Positions 9,070 through 18,685 of a stretch of DNA of 64,000 nucleotides are shown in pieces (the first letter of the stretch is position 1; every line of letters begins with the position of its first letter). The notes below the pieces were generated by a model. The model saw only the letters and a program-made list of their open reading frames with translations, was not told the origin of the DNA and did not search any database. A program made the translations under genes and the position numbers. Where the stretch lies: contig JBGPGO010000013.1 in NCBI GenBank assembly GCA_041483895.1, positions 32,001-96,000 of the forward strand, given 5' to 3'. The DNA comes from Fimbriimonadia bacterium. GTDB lineage: Bacteria > Armatimonadota > Fimbriimonadia > Fimbriimonadales > JABRVX01.

Positions 9070-10390
9070 CGATCGCCTCCACCATCCCTCGCACCGCCTC
9101 ATCGATAGGACCCGACTCTTGTCGGCCTTGGCGCAAGAACGCAACCATCGCTTCCCGACACTCGATTGCCAAATCCACTGTCGGGTTGGCGCCTGCCTGA
9201 TAGGCGCCGATCTGGATCAGGTCCTCCGCACCGGTGTAGGCCGCAAGCAGTTCACGGAAACGCAGCGCGGCCACTTTATGTTCCGGCGTTGTCACGCCGT
9301 CCATCACGCGCGAAATGCTTTGGCTGATATCCACTGCCGGATAGTGCCCTTGGTGCGCGAGCGCCCGTGTGAGAATGATGTGCCCATCCAAGATGGCCCG
9401 GGCATGGTCCGAGATCGGCTCGTTTATATCGTCTCCTTCCACCAGCACGGTGTAGACGCCCGTGATCGTTCCCAGCCGCGACGTGCCGGCGCGCTCCAAC
9501 AGCCGCGGCATCATCGCGAAAACCGATGGCGTGTATCCTCGTGTGGTGGGGGGCTCGCCCACCGACAGCCCAACCTCCCGCTGCGCCATCGCAAGCCGCG
9601 TGAGGGAGTCCATCATAAGCAGAACATCGAGTCCCTGATCCCGGAAGTACTCGGCGATTGTGGTGGCGACGAGGGGCGCCTTCACGCGTACCAAAGGGGG
9701 TTGGTCGGAGGTCGCCACGACGACTACGCTGCGCTTCATCCCCTCTTTGCCCAAATCGTTCTCCAAAAACTCCCGCACCTCGCGTCCCCGTTCGCCGACC
9801 AGCGCGATCACGTTGACCTGTGCAGAGGTGTTCTGGGCGATCATGCCGAGGAGAGTGCTTTTGCCGACTCCGCTGCCGGAGAATATGCCGACGCGCTGGC
9901 CTTTGGCACAGGTCAGTAGCGCGTCAATGCTTCGAACGCCCATGCAGAGCGGTTCGGTGAGCATGCTGCGCTCCAGCGGGGGAGGAGGCATGGCATGGAT
10001 TGACCGCGGAGGGGCGGAAGCCAGTTCCGGACCGCCATCCACGGGCTGCCCCATGCCATCCAGGACGCGGCCCAGCATGGCGTCGGATACATTGACGGTG
10101 AGCGGCATGCCGGAGGCCCGGACGATCGCGCCCTCCGATATCCCCTCGAGAGTTCCCAGCGGCATCAGCAATACGCGGTTGTCGCGAAATCCGACCACCT
10201 CGGCCTGGCGGGTTATTTTTCCCTCCGCGTCGGCAACGTTGCACAGCTCTCCCAGCCCGGCCCGCGGTCCGTTCGATTCGATCACCATACCCACCATTTG
10301 CGCGACCCGGCCGTGCAGGCGAATCGGTTCGCAGCTCGCGATCGATCGGCGCTCTTGCTCGAACATCGGGGGAGGCGGTTGCGCGATCAT
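9062..10390 (-). CDS. fliI: Flagellar export ATPase FliI
   Basis: GSGVGKSTLLGM, GERGREVREF, DSLTRLAMAQRE, ILDGHIIL. Confidence 0.96.
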   Translation of the reverse strand: MIAQPPPPMFEQERRSIASCEPIRLHGRVAQMVGMVIESNGPRAGLGELCNVADAEGKITRQAEVVGFRDNRVLLMPLGTLEGISEGAIVRASGMPLTVNVSDAMLGRVLDGMGQPVDGGPELASAPPRSIHAMPPPPLERSMLTEPLCMGVRSIDALLTCAKGQRVGIFSGSGVGKSTLLGMIAQNTSAQVNVIALVGERGREVREFLENDLGKEGMKRSVVVVATSDQPPLVRVKAPLVATTIAEYFRDQGLDVLLMMDSLTRLAMAQREVGLSVGEPPTTRGYTPSVFAMMPRLLERAGTSRLGTITGVYTVLVEGDDINEPISDHARAILDGHIILTRALAHQGHYPAVDISQSISRVMDGVTTPEHKVAALRFRELLAAYTGAEDLIQIGAYQAGANPTVDLAIECREAMVAFLRQGRQESGPIDEAVRGMVEAIGA

Positions 10391-11037
10391 GCAGCCTCCT
10401 TCCTCATTGCCACGTTGATATTTTCCACTTGCGATGGCAGTGTCGCGTCAACAACCCCTGTGCTGCTCTCTACCACGCATCCGCCGGGAATCATGTCCGC
10501 GCTGGCCATCCACTCAATTCGCGAGATGCCCTCGACGGCGGCGAGCAGATCCGCCTGGTGCGACCGCAAGGCGGGCAGGTCGGAGGTGCACACCCGCACG
10601 CGCACATCATGGGTATTGGCGACGCGTATCAGCGCCTCGCGGACGATGGCGAGGATCGCTTCGGGATTCTGCTGCAGCTCTTGTTTGAGCAATTTCTGCG
10701 CGATATCCACGGCAAGCTGTCGCAAGCCCTCTTCCGCCGTGAGCCAATACTGCTCCACTGCCTGTTGAATTCTTCGGTGCATCTCGGCGAAGTCGCCCGT
10801 ACACTTCGCAAGCGCGTCCCGCTGTTCCGCAAGCCCGATGCGCAACGCCTCGTCCGTCCCTTCCTTCTGCCCAAGCGCATACCCTTCGTCGTACCCCTTT
10901 TTCCGCTCTTCCTCAAACGCCGCCCGGGCGCGAGGATTGGTTCGGATGCGCATCTCGATCGGCGTCAGGCTGGAATCCATGAGAGACTTGTAATCGCCCT
11001 CCGGCTCCTGGTCTCGGAACACCTTTTTAGACGACAA
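10387..11037 (-). CDS. fliH: Flagellar assembly protein FliH
   Basis: GxxxG repeats GYDEGYALGQKEG, GGCVVES, position between fliG and fliI. Confidence 0.9.
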   Translation of the reverse strand: MSSKKVFRDQEPEGDYKSLMDSSLTPIEMRIRTNPRARAAFEEERKKGYDEGYALGQKEGTDEALRIGLAEQRDALAKCTGDFAEMHRRIQQAVEQYWLTAEEGLRQLAVDIAQKLLKQELQQNPEAILAIVREALIRVANTHDVRVRVCTSDLPALRSHQADLLAAVEGISRIEWMASADMIPGGCVVESSTGVVDATLPSQVENINVAMRKEAA

Positions 11038-12037
11038 CTTCGTCTTCTCCGGTCCGGCTGATTTCCAGCTCGCCTGCCTCTTCCAATCGGCGGATGATCG
11101 CGACGATGCGCTGCTGCGATTCTTCTACTACGCGCAGCTTGACCGGCCCCATAAACTCCATGTCCTCTTTGAGCTGCTCCGATGCGCGCTCCGACATGTT
11201 CTTGTAGATGTGTTCCTGGACCTCTTTGCTGCTGCCGCGCAGCCCGATGGACAGCTCTTTGATGTCCACCTCTTTCAGTATCTGTTGAACGGCCCTGTCT
11301 TCCAGCGTCAAGATGTCCTCGAAGACGAACATCATGTTCTTGACCTCTTCGGCAATCTCCGGATTGGTCTCGGTGAGGCCGTCCATAATGGTGCGCTCCG
11401 TCGATCGCTCCACCCAGTTGAGGATGTCAACGAGCGCCTTCGGTCCACCGGCGGTCGTCAAATCGTGCGATATGATGCTGGACAGTTTTCGCTCGAGCAC
11501 AGCCTCCACTCTGCGGACCACGTCGGGAGGGGTGCGGTCCATAACCACGAGCCGCTCCGCGACGTCAACCCGCAGCTCGGCGGGCAGCTTGCTCATGATC
11601 GCGGCGGCGTGGCTGGGCTTCACGTATGCCAACACCAGCGCGATGGTTTGCGGATGCTCGTCTTGGATGAAGCTGAGGAGCTGCGCGGGATCGGTGTTCT
11701 TGAGAAAATCGAACGGCACGACTTCCAACGCGCGTTTGACGCGATCCAAAATCTCCGCAGCCTTGTCTCCACCGTATGCGGCGAGGAGGTTTCGTTCCGC
11801 GAAGTCCAGGCCGCCTTCGGAGATATAGTTTTGGGCGGCGCACAGGTCCCGGAACTCCTCGATCACCTCGCCGCGCTGGTCCGGAGTGATCTTCTCCAGC
11901 CGGGCCACTTCGACCGACAGCTTCTCAACGTCCTCCTCCGACATGCACTTCAACACGTTGGCGGAAAGGTCCGGACCGAGGGCGGTGAGGAGGATGGCGG
12001 CTTTCCGCTTATGGTTGAGGGCGTTGGCAGTGCGCAT
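11027..12037 (-). CDS. fliG: Flagellar motor switch protein FliG
   Basis: KAAILL, EHPQTIALVL, MFVFEDI, NMSERA. Confidence 0.97.
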   Translation of the reverse strand: MRTANALNHKRKAAILLTALGPDLSANVLKCMSEEDVEKLSVEVARLEKITPDQRGEVIEEFRDLCAAQNYISEGGLDFAERNLLAAYGGDKAAEILDRVKRALEVVPFDFLKNTDPAQLLSFIQDEHPQTIALVLAYVKPSHAAAIMSKLPAELRVDVAERLVVMDRTPPDVVRRVEAVLERKLSSIISHDLTTAGGPKALVDILNWVERSTERTIMDGLTETNPEIAEEVKNMMFVFEDILTLEDRAVQQILKEVDIKELSIGLRGSSKEVQEHIYKNMSERASEQLKEDMEFMGPVKLRVVEESQQRIVAIIRRLEEAGELEISRTGEDEVVV

Positions 12038-13717
12038 CTAGTGCTTGTCCTCCATCATCCAGCTTTTGAGGAGCACGGCAATCGTCTCCGGCTTCTCTTT
12101 CGCCATGACGGAGATCTGTTCGAAGGCAAGGTCGAACTTTTGCGGGATCATCGTGACGATGCGAGCCTCGTGGGAATCGGTGTACACGATGTTGGGACCG
12201 CTGTCGATCTGTGCGGATGGAACCCTGGCGATTGCGCCCTCGCCCGCCGTCGGCATCGATTCCACGCCGGGGCCAAGGGCAAGCGGCATCAACCCTTCCG
12301 GAAGAACGGGGGATTGGACTTTGATCGACTGTTTGCCTAGGGCTCGCATCACGAGGATGGCGGCGAGGATCAGGGCGATGGAGGGCGCGAGACCGAAGAT
12401 TCGGTCCATCATCTGGGAGCTTTTCTCTTTGTCTCCAGCCGCCTTCGCCTGCTTTGCCTGCTCCTGATCGAATGGCAGTTTGGATACGGTAACGGCGTAT
12501 CCCGGCTTCGGCGTGCTTGGCGATATTCCGACTAGCCCGTTGACGTAATCGGTGATGGCTTGGACCTGCGGCTGCTTCAGACTGTCGTCGAGCAGGACGG
12601 CGACGTTGAGTGCCTCGACCTTGCCCGGTGTCGTTATTGTGCGCAGATGCTCGCGATTGAAGGCGTATTCGGCGGTTTTCTTGTCTTCAGAGTATTCGCG
12701 ACCATTTGGAGTCGTGCTGCCGGTCGAACCCGTTCCGCCGCCGGTCAGATTGGACGGGGTGCCGGCCGTGCCCTTGATGCCGCCCGCTCCATTGGCATAA
12801 GTGGTCTTGCTGGTCGTTTCGGAAACCTTGTTCGTGTCGTTGGTTGGCGCCTTGTTGGTCGCGTCCACTGCCGGCGTATTGATATTCTTATCCGATTCGA
12901 TTGAATCGAAGTTCATCGTGGTCTCGACGCTGACGAGCGCCTTGCCGGGGCCAAGCACCTGATCGAAGTGTCGCTCCAGCTGCCCACGCAGGTTGGAGGA
13001 GTAGGCCATCTCTTCCTTGCGCTTCTCGTCATAGAGGCCCGTTCCCCCGTTTTGAGTCGTGCCATCGTACAGCACTCGGCCCGAGCCGTCAACAACGGAA
13101 ACGTTGTTTTTATCGAGATCGGGAACACCCTGAGTGACGATATGCACGACGCCGTTGACCTGGTCGGGCGCCAGAGTGCCGCCCTGTTTCAAATGGAGGA
13201 CGACGGTGGCGGCGGCTTTTCGCTGCTGGTCGGCAAATGCCCCCGACTCGCCCATGGAGATGTGGATACGCGCGCTGTCCACCCCGTCCAGTGTCTGGAT
13301 CGTCTTCTGCATCTCCTCTTCCAGCATCACGCGCTGGAGAATCTGCTCCTCGGCCTGGGTGCGGCCGATGCTGGATTTGTCCAGCCATCCGTTTCCTTCG
13401 CCGCCTGCCTGCGCGGGAAGGCCATCGGCGGCCAGCTTCATCCGGATCTCGTCTCGCTGGCCTTTGGGTACCTCGATCGTGCGGCCATCCGAACCTATGC
13501 GGAATGTAACCTTGAGGTCCTTCAGCTTGTTGAGGACCTTTCCCGCGTCCCCGGCGCTCAGGTCGGCATAGATGACGACGTAGTCCGGCTGGCTGGCGTA
13601 GTTGAACACCACAACCAATGTGACAAGGAGGAACAGAACGCCGACGACGGTGACCGCCTTCGCCGTTTTGTCCGCGATATTCCACCAGGCGCGTATTTTA
13701 AGGACTAGACCTTGCAT
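12038..13717 (-). CDS. fliF: Flagellar MS-ring protein FliF
   Basis: Two TM segments, RMKLAADGLP, SARIHI, AATVVL, VSVVDGSG, AVLLKSWM. Confidence 0.93.
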   Translation of the reverse strand: MQGLVLKIRAWWNIADKTAKAVTVVGVLFLLVTLVVVFNYASQPDYVVIYADLSAGDAGKVLNKLKDLKVTFRIGSDGRTIEVPKGQRDEIRMKLAADGLPAQAGGEGNGWLDKSSIGRTQAEEQILQRVMLEEEMQKTIQTLDGVDSARIHISMGESGAFADQQRKAAATVVLHLKQGGTLAPDQVNGVVHIVTQGVPDLDKNNVSVVDGSGRVLYDGTTQNGGTGLYDEKRKEEMAYSSNLRGQLERHFDQVLGPGKALVSVETTMNFDSIESDKNINTPAVDATNKAPTNDTNKVSETTSKTTYANGAGGIKGTAGTPSNLTGGGTGSTGSTTPNGREYSEDKKTAEYAFNREHLRTITTPGKVEALNVAVLLDDSLKQPQVQAITDYVNGLVGISPSTPKPGYAVTVSKLPFDQEQAKQAKAAGDKEKSSQMMDRIFGLAPSIALILAAILVMRALGKQSIKVQSPVLPEGLMPLALGPGVESMPTAGEGAIARVPSAQIDSGPNIVYTDSHEARIVTMIPQKFDLAFEQISVMAKEKPETIAVLLKSWMMEDKH

Positions 13718-13775
13718 ATTGCTCTTCGACAACGAAATCCGGATCCTGGCCCTTCATAGTCCACCATCAGGACAT

Positions 13776-13800
13776 CCCTTCACAGTCGCACTGTGAAGGG
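13776..13800. other. Intra-operon perfect hairpin between fliE and fliF
   Basis: CCCTTCACAGT-CGC-ACTGTGAAGGG; near copy of one arm at 13750-13761. Confidence 0.6.
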
Positions 13801-13805
13801 CAGGC

Positions 13806-14099
13806 CTAGACCGGTATCCGGTTGATTTCTTGGTATGCCTCGAGAAGCTTGTTTCGTACCTGGACAGCCAGTTGGAGGGCCACGCCGGACTTCTCCAGCG
13901 CGATCAGAACGTCATGAATCTCGACATTGTCCCCTCGTACGAACGCATCCCGCAGCTCACCCGCCTCGGTCTGAGATTGGTTGATCTCTTTCAAGGCGTC
14001 CATGAGCATTTTGCCAAAGTCCTCCGCCCCACCCGGTTTTGCGGTTTCCGCAATCGGAGAGGGCTGGAGGCCGACCGGCGAAAGGTCTTCGATACGCAT
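13806..14099 (-). CDS. fliE: Flagellar hook-basal body protein FliE
   Basis: IHDVLIALEK, QVRNKLLEAYQEI. Confidence 0.95.
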   Translation of the reverse strand: MRIEDLSPVGLQPSPIAETAKPGGAEDFGKMLMDALKEINQSQTEAGELRDAFVRGDNVEIHDVLIALEKSGVALQLAVQVRNKLLEAYQEINRIPV

Positions 14100-14106
14100 A
14101 AAACGA

Positions 14107-14508
14107 CTACGCGGATCCTATCTCCAGCGATCGCGCGACCATGTCCTTCGCGGCGTTGAACGCGGTGATGTTCGCCTCGTAGGCCCGCGTCGCGCCGATC
14201 AGGTCCACCATCTCCAAAACAGGATTGACGTTGGACCCTTCCACCATGCCGTCCGCATTGGCCCGCGGGTTATCGGGATCCTTGACCATCGGGCCGGGCG
14301 ATTTGTCCAATTCGATGGTGTCGACGCGAACGCCGGACAGTCCGTTCTCCAGGTCCTCGGCAAAGACCACCATTCGGCGGCGGAACGGTTCGCCGCTATC
14401 GGTGCGGGTCGTGCTGCTGTTGGCGAGGTTATGCGCTACCACATCCATGCGAAATCGCTCGGCATGGAGTCCGGAGGCGCTGGTTTGCATACTGCTCATT
14501 AATCCCAT
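14107..14508 (-). CDS. flgC: Flagellar basal-body rod protein FlgC
   Basis: ASGLHAERFRMDVVAHNLAN, NVNPVLEMVDLI, RAYEAN. Confidence 0.95.
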   Translation of the reverse strand: MGLMSSMQTSASGLHAERFRMDVVAHNLANSSTTRTDSGEPFRRRMVVFAEDLENGLSGVRVDTIELDKSPGPMVKDPDNPRANADGMVEGSNVNPVLEMVDLIGATRAYEANITAFNAAKDMVARSLEIGSA

Positions 14509-14900
14509 TACTTACCATCCCCACTGATCACGGACTTGAGTCCCTTGAAGAACCGACTGGTCAAAAGGGTAAGGGAGCGGTATCGGAGCTCAACCTCCGC
14601 CAGGTTGGCCATCTGCGTCTCCGGATTGACGTCATTGCCGTCCGGACGCAGCGGCGGGTCGTCGAGCGTCTCGACCTCGTAGTCGCTCCGGTTGGGGTCT
14701 TTGTCTTTGAAGGCGGCGTCGATCTTGGCGCTGTACTCGTCCTGTTTTTCAGACAGCAGGCTGTGGAACAGGTCCTTCGCCTGAAATCCGGGCGTGTTCA
14801 GGTTCGCGATATTGTGCGCAATGACGCGCTGACGAGCAGCCTCGAAACCCAACCCATCCTGCAAGGCAGGCACGGTTGGGCCAAACAGTTTGTCGAGCAT
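14508..14900 (-). CDS. flgB: Flagellar basal-body rod protein FlgB
   Basis: RQRVIAHNIANLNTPGF, RPDGNDV; ATG 14900 with GGAG. Confidence 0.92.
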   Translation of the reverse strand: MLDKLFGPTVPALQDGLGFEAARQRVIAHNIANLNTPGFQAKDLFHSLLSEKQDEYSAKIDAAFKDKDPNRSDYEVETLDDPPLRPDGNDVNPETQMANLAEVELRYRSLTLLTSRFFKGLKSVISGDGK

Positions 14901-15109
14901 ACAGGTCGCTCCTAAGTTTTCCCCTAGGGGCGTCCAAGCCATTACCACGGTGCAGAATCCGTTGCTCCGGGAGCGAAGATGGAGTTCTCGCTACTTGGGA
15001 TATTGGCGGCGAATTCAGATTTTTGAACACTTGTTTTACGGGATATTTGGTTTTGAGCCGACTTTCTTTCGTCAACTGGGAGGAATTCTGGGATTTTTCT
15101 TGAAAAGGC

Positions 15110-15138
15110 TTGCAATATTTGAAGAAGTTTGTTAGCAT
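15110..15138 (+). promoter_or_regulatory. Putative sigma70 promoter of TPR gene
   Basis: TTGCAA-N17-TAGCAT in AT-rich intergenic region. Confidence 0.5.
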
Positions 15139-15185
15139 AACCGAAAAGAGTAGCAAGAAATTCGTTCTTAGGAGCGTAGCTACGT

Positions 15186-15560
15186 ATGGCCCCTGACGGG
15201 ACAACGAGGACATTGCATGAAGCGGCAAAGCTAGAGCTGCGAGACCAACGCTATGCCGACGCCGCACGGAACCTAGAGAGAGCCATTGCTCACGACCCAA
15301 CGGACGCTTGGGCGCACGACAAGCTTGGCATCGCTTTTCAGCGGCTGGGCCGGACAGATGAGGCATTGAAGGAGTTTGAGCGTTCCGTAGAGTTGGCGCC
15401 GTCCGAGGCCGTTTATCTGTATAATTACGGGGCGATGCTGGCAAGCATGGGGCAGACAGACGACGGGATATCCGTTCTCCAACGGTGCCTGAAGCAGGAT
15501 CCGGACCACTGCCGAGCCAAGGAGTTATTGGACAAGACGCTGCAAACGCAAACGAATTGA
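15186..15560 (+). CDS. Tetratricopeptide repeat protein
   Basis: About three TPRs (AWAHDKLGIAF, AVYLYNYGAML, DP turns). Confidence 0.85.
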   Translation: MAPDGTTRTLHEAAKLELRDQRYADAARNLERAIAHDPTDAWAHDKLGIAFQRLGRTDEALKEFERSVELAPSEAVYLYNYGAMLASMGQTDDGISVLQRCLKQDPDHCRAKELLDKTLQTQTN

Positions 15561-15604
15561 CGATTTGACAGTACATCGAGAATCGACCGTCTCGGTGTGT
15601 GGGC

Positions 15605-15638
15605 AGGCGCTCCCCGGCTCCCCCGGGGAGCGCCTTTT
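15605..15638 (+). terminator. Intrinsic terminator after TPR gene
   Basis: AGGCGCTCCCCGG/CCGGGGAGCGCCT 13-bp stem followed by T-run. Confidence 0.7.
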
Positions 15639-15655
15639 GAGTACACTCCCACCAG

Positions 15656-17815
15656 ATGGATGCCTCCGTATTCCTCTTTGGAGCCGATTCCCTGGAACAT
15701 GTCGTCGCCGTGGAGCCGGCCGGCGACCGGGTTCTGCTCTATGTCCGGGACGGTCAGTCGGTCCGAACGGAGGAGCAGCCGTTTCGGCCGTGGCTGTACG
15801 CGCGGGGTAGGCCCGCGCTGCCGGGAGCGGAATGGCAGGCTTTGGAAGCTCCGGAAGAAGGGCAGTGGCTCGACCATCTTGCCCTCTTCCCGAACTGGGA
15901 CAGCTTTCAAAAAGCCCGCTGGGAGCTGCGGGAGTCCGGGGTGGATTTCCTGGCGCCCGCCTCCGCCCAGCGCCAATTCCTCACCGCAACCGGCATCACG
16001 TTGTTCAAAGGGCTGAACTACTCCGACCTTCACCGGCTTCAGCTCGACCTGGAGACCGGTTCGCTTTACCCCACCGAGCCCGCCGCGGAGGTCCTGATGG
16101 TCGCGCTTACCGACAACCGCGGGTTTGAGGAGTGCGTCCAAGGCGGGACCGAAAAGGAGCGGATCGAGCGTGCGGTCACGCTCATCATGGAACGAGACCC
16201 GGACGTGATCGAGGGGCACAATCTGTTCGACTTCGACCTCAATTACCTGAGCCAAAGGGCGGAGGCGCTCGGGGTGTCGCTCCGAATCGGGCGAAACGGG
16301 TCGGCCCTCACGCGAGGTCAGCGGCGGCGGCAGGAAGCATCGTCTTATCGCCGGGAGACCGCCCGCTTCTATCTGCATGGCCGGCACTTCGTCGACACCC
16401 TCCTCGCCGCGCAACGCTACGACTTCGGACGCGGAGAGATGACCAGCTATGGGCTGAAGGCCGTAGCGCAGACCCTCGGGGTCGCTGAGCCCGAGCGGAT
16501 CATCGTGGACCGATCGAATATGACGGTCCTGGTGCGGGAGCAGCCCGAAATGGTGCGGGAATATGCGCTGCAGGACGTGCGCGAGACGCGGGCCATCGCC
16601 GATCTGCTATGCGCGACCGACTTTTATCAGACCCAGATGGTCCCGGACGGATACCAAAACGTATCGACAATGGGCATGGGGGAAAAGATCAACACCCTGA
16701 TGCACCGCGCCTATCTCGCTGCCCGGCACGCCATCCCTATGCCCAGCCCGACGGAGGCGGTGGCGGGAGGATACACGGAGGTTCGGCGCGTAGGGGTGTT
16801 GCGGCCCGTAGTGAAGGCGGACGCCCAGAGCCTGTATCCCAGCATCATGGACGTCTACAACATCGCGCCGTCGTCCGACAAGCTCGGCGTCTTCCTGCCC
16901 ATGCTCCGCGAGCTGACCCGCAGACGAATCGACGCCAAAACCAAGATGCGAGATGTCACTGGGATTGAGCGCACCTATTGGGATGGTCTGCAGAGCTCCT
17001 TCAAGGTGCTTATCAATTCATTTTACGGCTACCTTGGGACAGTGGTGAGCTTCAACGACCCCAAAGCGGCGGGGGAGGTGACCGGCAAGGGGCAGGAGAT
17101 CGTGAAGCAGGCCGCCGCGGAAATCGAGCGGCTGTCCGGACAGGTGATCGAGATCGACACGGATGGGATCTACTTCGTCCCGCCAATAGACATAGCCGGG
17201 GATGAGGCGGAGGAGGAGTTCGTTGCGAAAGTGGCGGGGATATTGCCGAAGGGGATTCACTTGGTGCGCGACGGCAGCTATCGGGCCATGATCTCGCTCA
17301 AGGTCAAGAACTACGTTTTGCAAAAGCACGATGGAGAGCTGATTTTCCACGGGGCGGCGGTGCGGAGCCGGGCGGACGAGCCGTTCGGCCGCGAGTTTAT
17401 CGAGCAAGCCATTCGGATCCTGCTGGAAGGCCCGATCGAAGACTTAACAAAGATGTACCAGCAGACGGTGCAAGAGATTATGGATGGCAAGGTGCCGGCC
17501 GAAAAGCTCGCACGGCGCGAACGAGTGACGGAAAAGACGTTCCGCAGCTCGCTAAGAAAGAGAAGCAAGGCGGCGGCCCAGACCTCCGGCGCGAAGGTTG
17601 GGGATTACGTCAAGGTCTACCAAGCTACTGACGGGAGCCTGCAGCCATTGGACCAATACGCAAACGACGAGGACCGTGATTTCTACTTGGACAAGCTGTA
17701 CAAATTTGCCGTGCGGCTCCGCGACGCGATAGGAGACGAGTTCGACCGGCTGATCGCCTCACCGAAGTCCGCCAAGATGACGGCCTCCGGCCAGCAGAGC
17801 CTCTTCGACCCCTAA
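15656..17815 (+). CDS. polB: Family B DNA polymerase with 3'-5' exonuclease
   Basis: Exo DLET, GHNLFDFD, YALQD; pol DAQSLYPSI, KVLINSFYGYLG, DTDG, KNY. Confidence 0.93.
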   Translation: MDASVFLFGADSLEHVVAVEPAGDRVLLYVRDGQSVRTEEQPFRPWLYARGRPALPGAEWQALEAPEEGQWLDHLALFPNWDSFQKARWELRESGVDFLAPASAQRQFLTATGITLFKGLNYSDLHRLQLDLETGSLYPTEPAAEVLMVALTDNRGFEECVQGGTEKERIERAVTLIMERDPDVIEGHNLFDFDLNYLSQRAEALGVSLRIGRNGSALTRGQRRRQEASSYRRETARFYLHGRHFVDTLLAAQRYDFGRGEMTSYGLKAVAQTLGVAEPERIIVDRSNMTVLVREQPEMVREYALQDVRETRAIADLLCATDFYQTQMVPDGYQNVSTMGMGEKINTLMHRAYLAARHAIPMPSPTEAVAGGYTEVRRVGVLRPVVKADAQSLYPSIMDVYNIAPSSDKLGVFLPMLRELTRRRIDAKTKMRDVTGIERTYWDGLQSSFKVLINSFYGYLGTVVSFNDPKAAGEVTGKGQEIVKQAAAEIERLSGQVIEIDTDGIYFVPPIDIAGDEAEEEFVAKVAGILPKGIHLVRDGSYRAMISLKVKNYVLQKHDGELIFHGAAVRSRADEPFGREFIEQAIRILLEGPIEDLTKMYQQTVQEIMDGKVPAEKLARRERVTEKTFRSSLRKRSKAAAQTSGAKVGDYVKVYQATDGSLQPLDQYANDEDRDFYLDKLYKFAVRLRDAIGDEFDRLIASPKSAKMTASGQQSLFDP

Positions 17816-18396
17816 TCGTACAGCTCGGAAGCGGCCAGCAGCAGCACATGCACCGACTCTTCCGCTTTGGCCCGCAGCGGCGAGCCGTCAGGCAGACCCC
17901 GCGCCAAGTTCCGCGCCCGGTTCATGACGTTGACCGCCCGGAGCAGATCGCCCAAGCGCTCCAAAGCCGCGCTCCAGGCAATCAGGCCCTTGATCGTCAA
18001 CTCAAGATCGGCCGCCAATGCGGCGATCTGGACGCTTTGCGAGAAGCAGTCCGCGGCGGAACCATATTCGTCTTGAGCCCGAAAACAGTTTCCCATTCTG
18101 TAGAGAGACTGCGCCCGAAAGGTGGTATCGGCCTCCGTCGTCGGCGGTGGGGACTCGAAGTGGCGGCACAATGCCTTGTCCAGCGCGATGATGGCGTCCC
18201 TAAATTCCTTGAGACGCTCGTGAGCCATCGCAATGTTGCTCAGCAAGGTGGCGGCGAACCGGGAATTTTGCGGGGTCGGGCTCAGATTGTGCAGAACGTC
18301 TGCCCATGCGTCAATCGCCGCCCGCATGTCTCCGCTATCGAATTGTCTCCAGCCTTCCGCCTCTTGCAGCGACCAATCAGCTACCTGCGAATGCAT
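17812..18396 (-). CDS. TPR-like helical repeat protein
   Basis: ATLLSNIAMAH, AQSLYRMGNCF...YGSAADCFSQS; start uncertain (18405 or 18396). Confidence 0.7.
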   Translation of the reverse strand: MHSQVADWSLQEAEGWRQFDSGDMRAAIDAWADVLHNLSPTPQNSRFAATLLSNIAMAHERLKEFRDAIIALDKALCRHFESPPPTTEADTTFRAQSLYRMGNCFRAQDEYGSAADCFSQSVQIAALAADLELTIKGLIAWSAALERLGDLLRAVNVMNRARNLARGLPDGSPLRAKAEESVHVLLLAASELYD

Positions 18397-18685
18397 GGAA
18401 TGCACCCTCCCACTGACCTATACGACGGGGCGACTGGGAGTATCCCATCGTCCTCGCCGGCACGGGCCGCTGTTCTTGCTCGAGGTCACTCTCCGAAAAT
18501 AAAAGCATGTGCAGTAATATCGGTAATTCTACCACGGCTCCACGGATCATGCAAGGGAATCTTCAAAATATGGTTGGTAATTTCGGTGGGGCCGCTATAT
18601 GTGGATTTCCGGCCGTGCCTGCCTTGATTTTTCGTTTCCAGGCCCATCCTCGTACGTCTAATAGGTTACGAGTGTGGCAATTCGA

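Noticed and set aside
4993..14900. Injectisome T3SS
   Set aside because: flgB, flgC, fliE, fliG and flhF make it flagellar.
15656..17815. Casposon, pipolin or prophage polymerase
   Set aside because: No cas1, integrase, terminal repeats or phage genes nearby.
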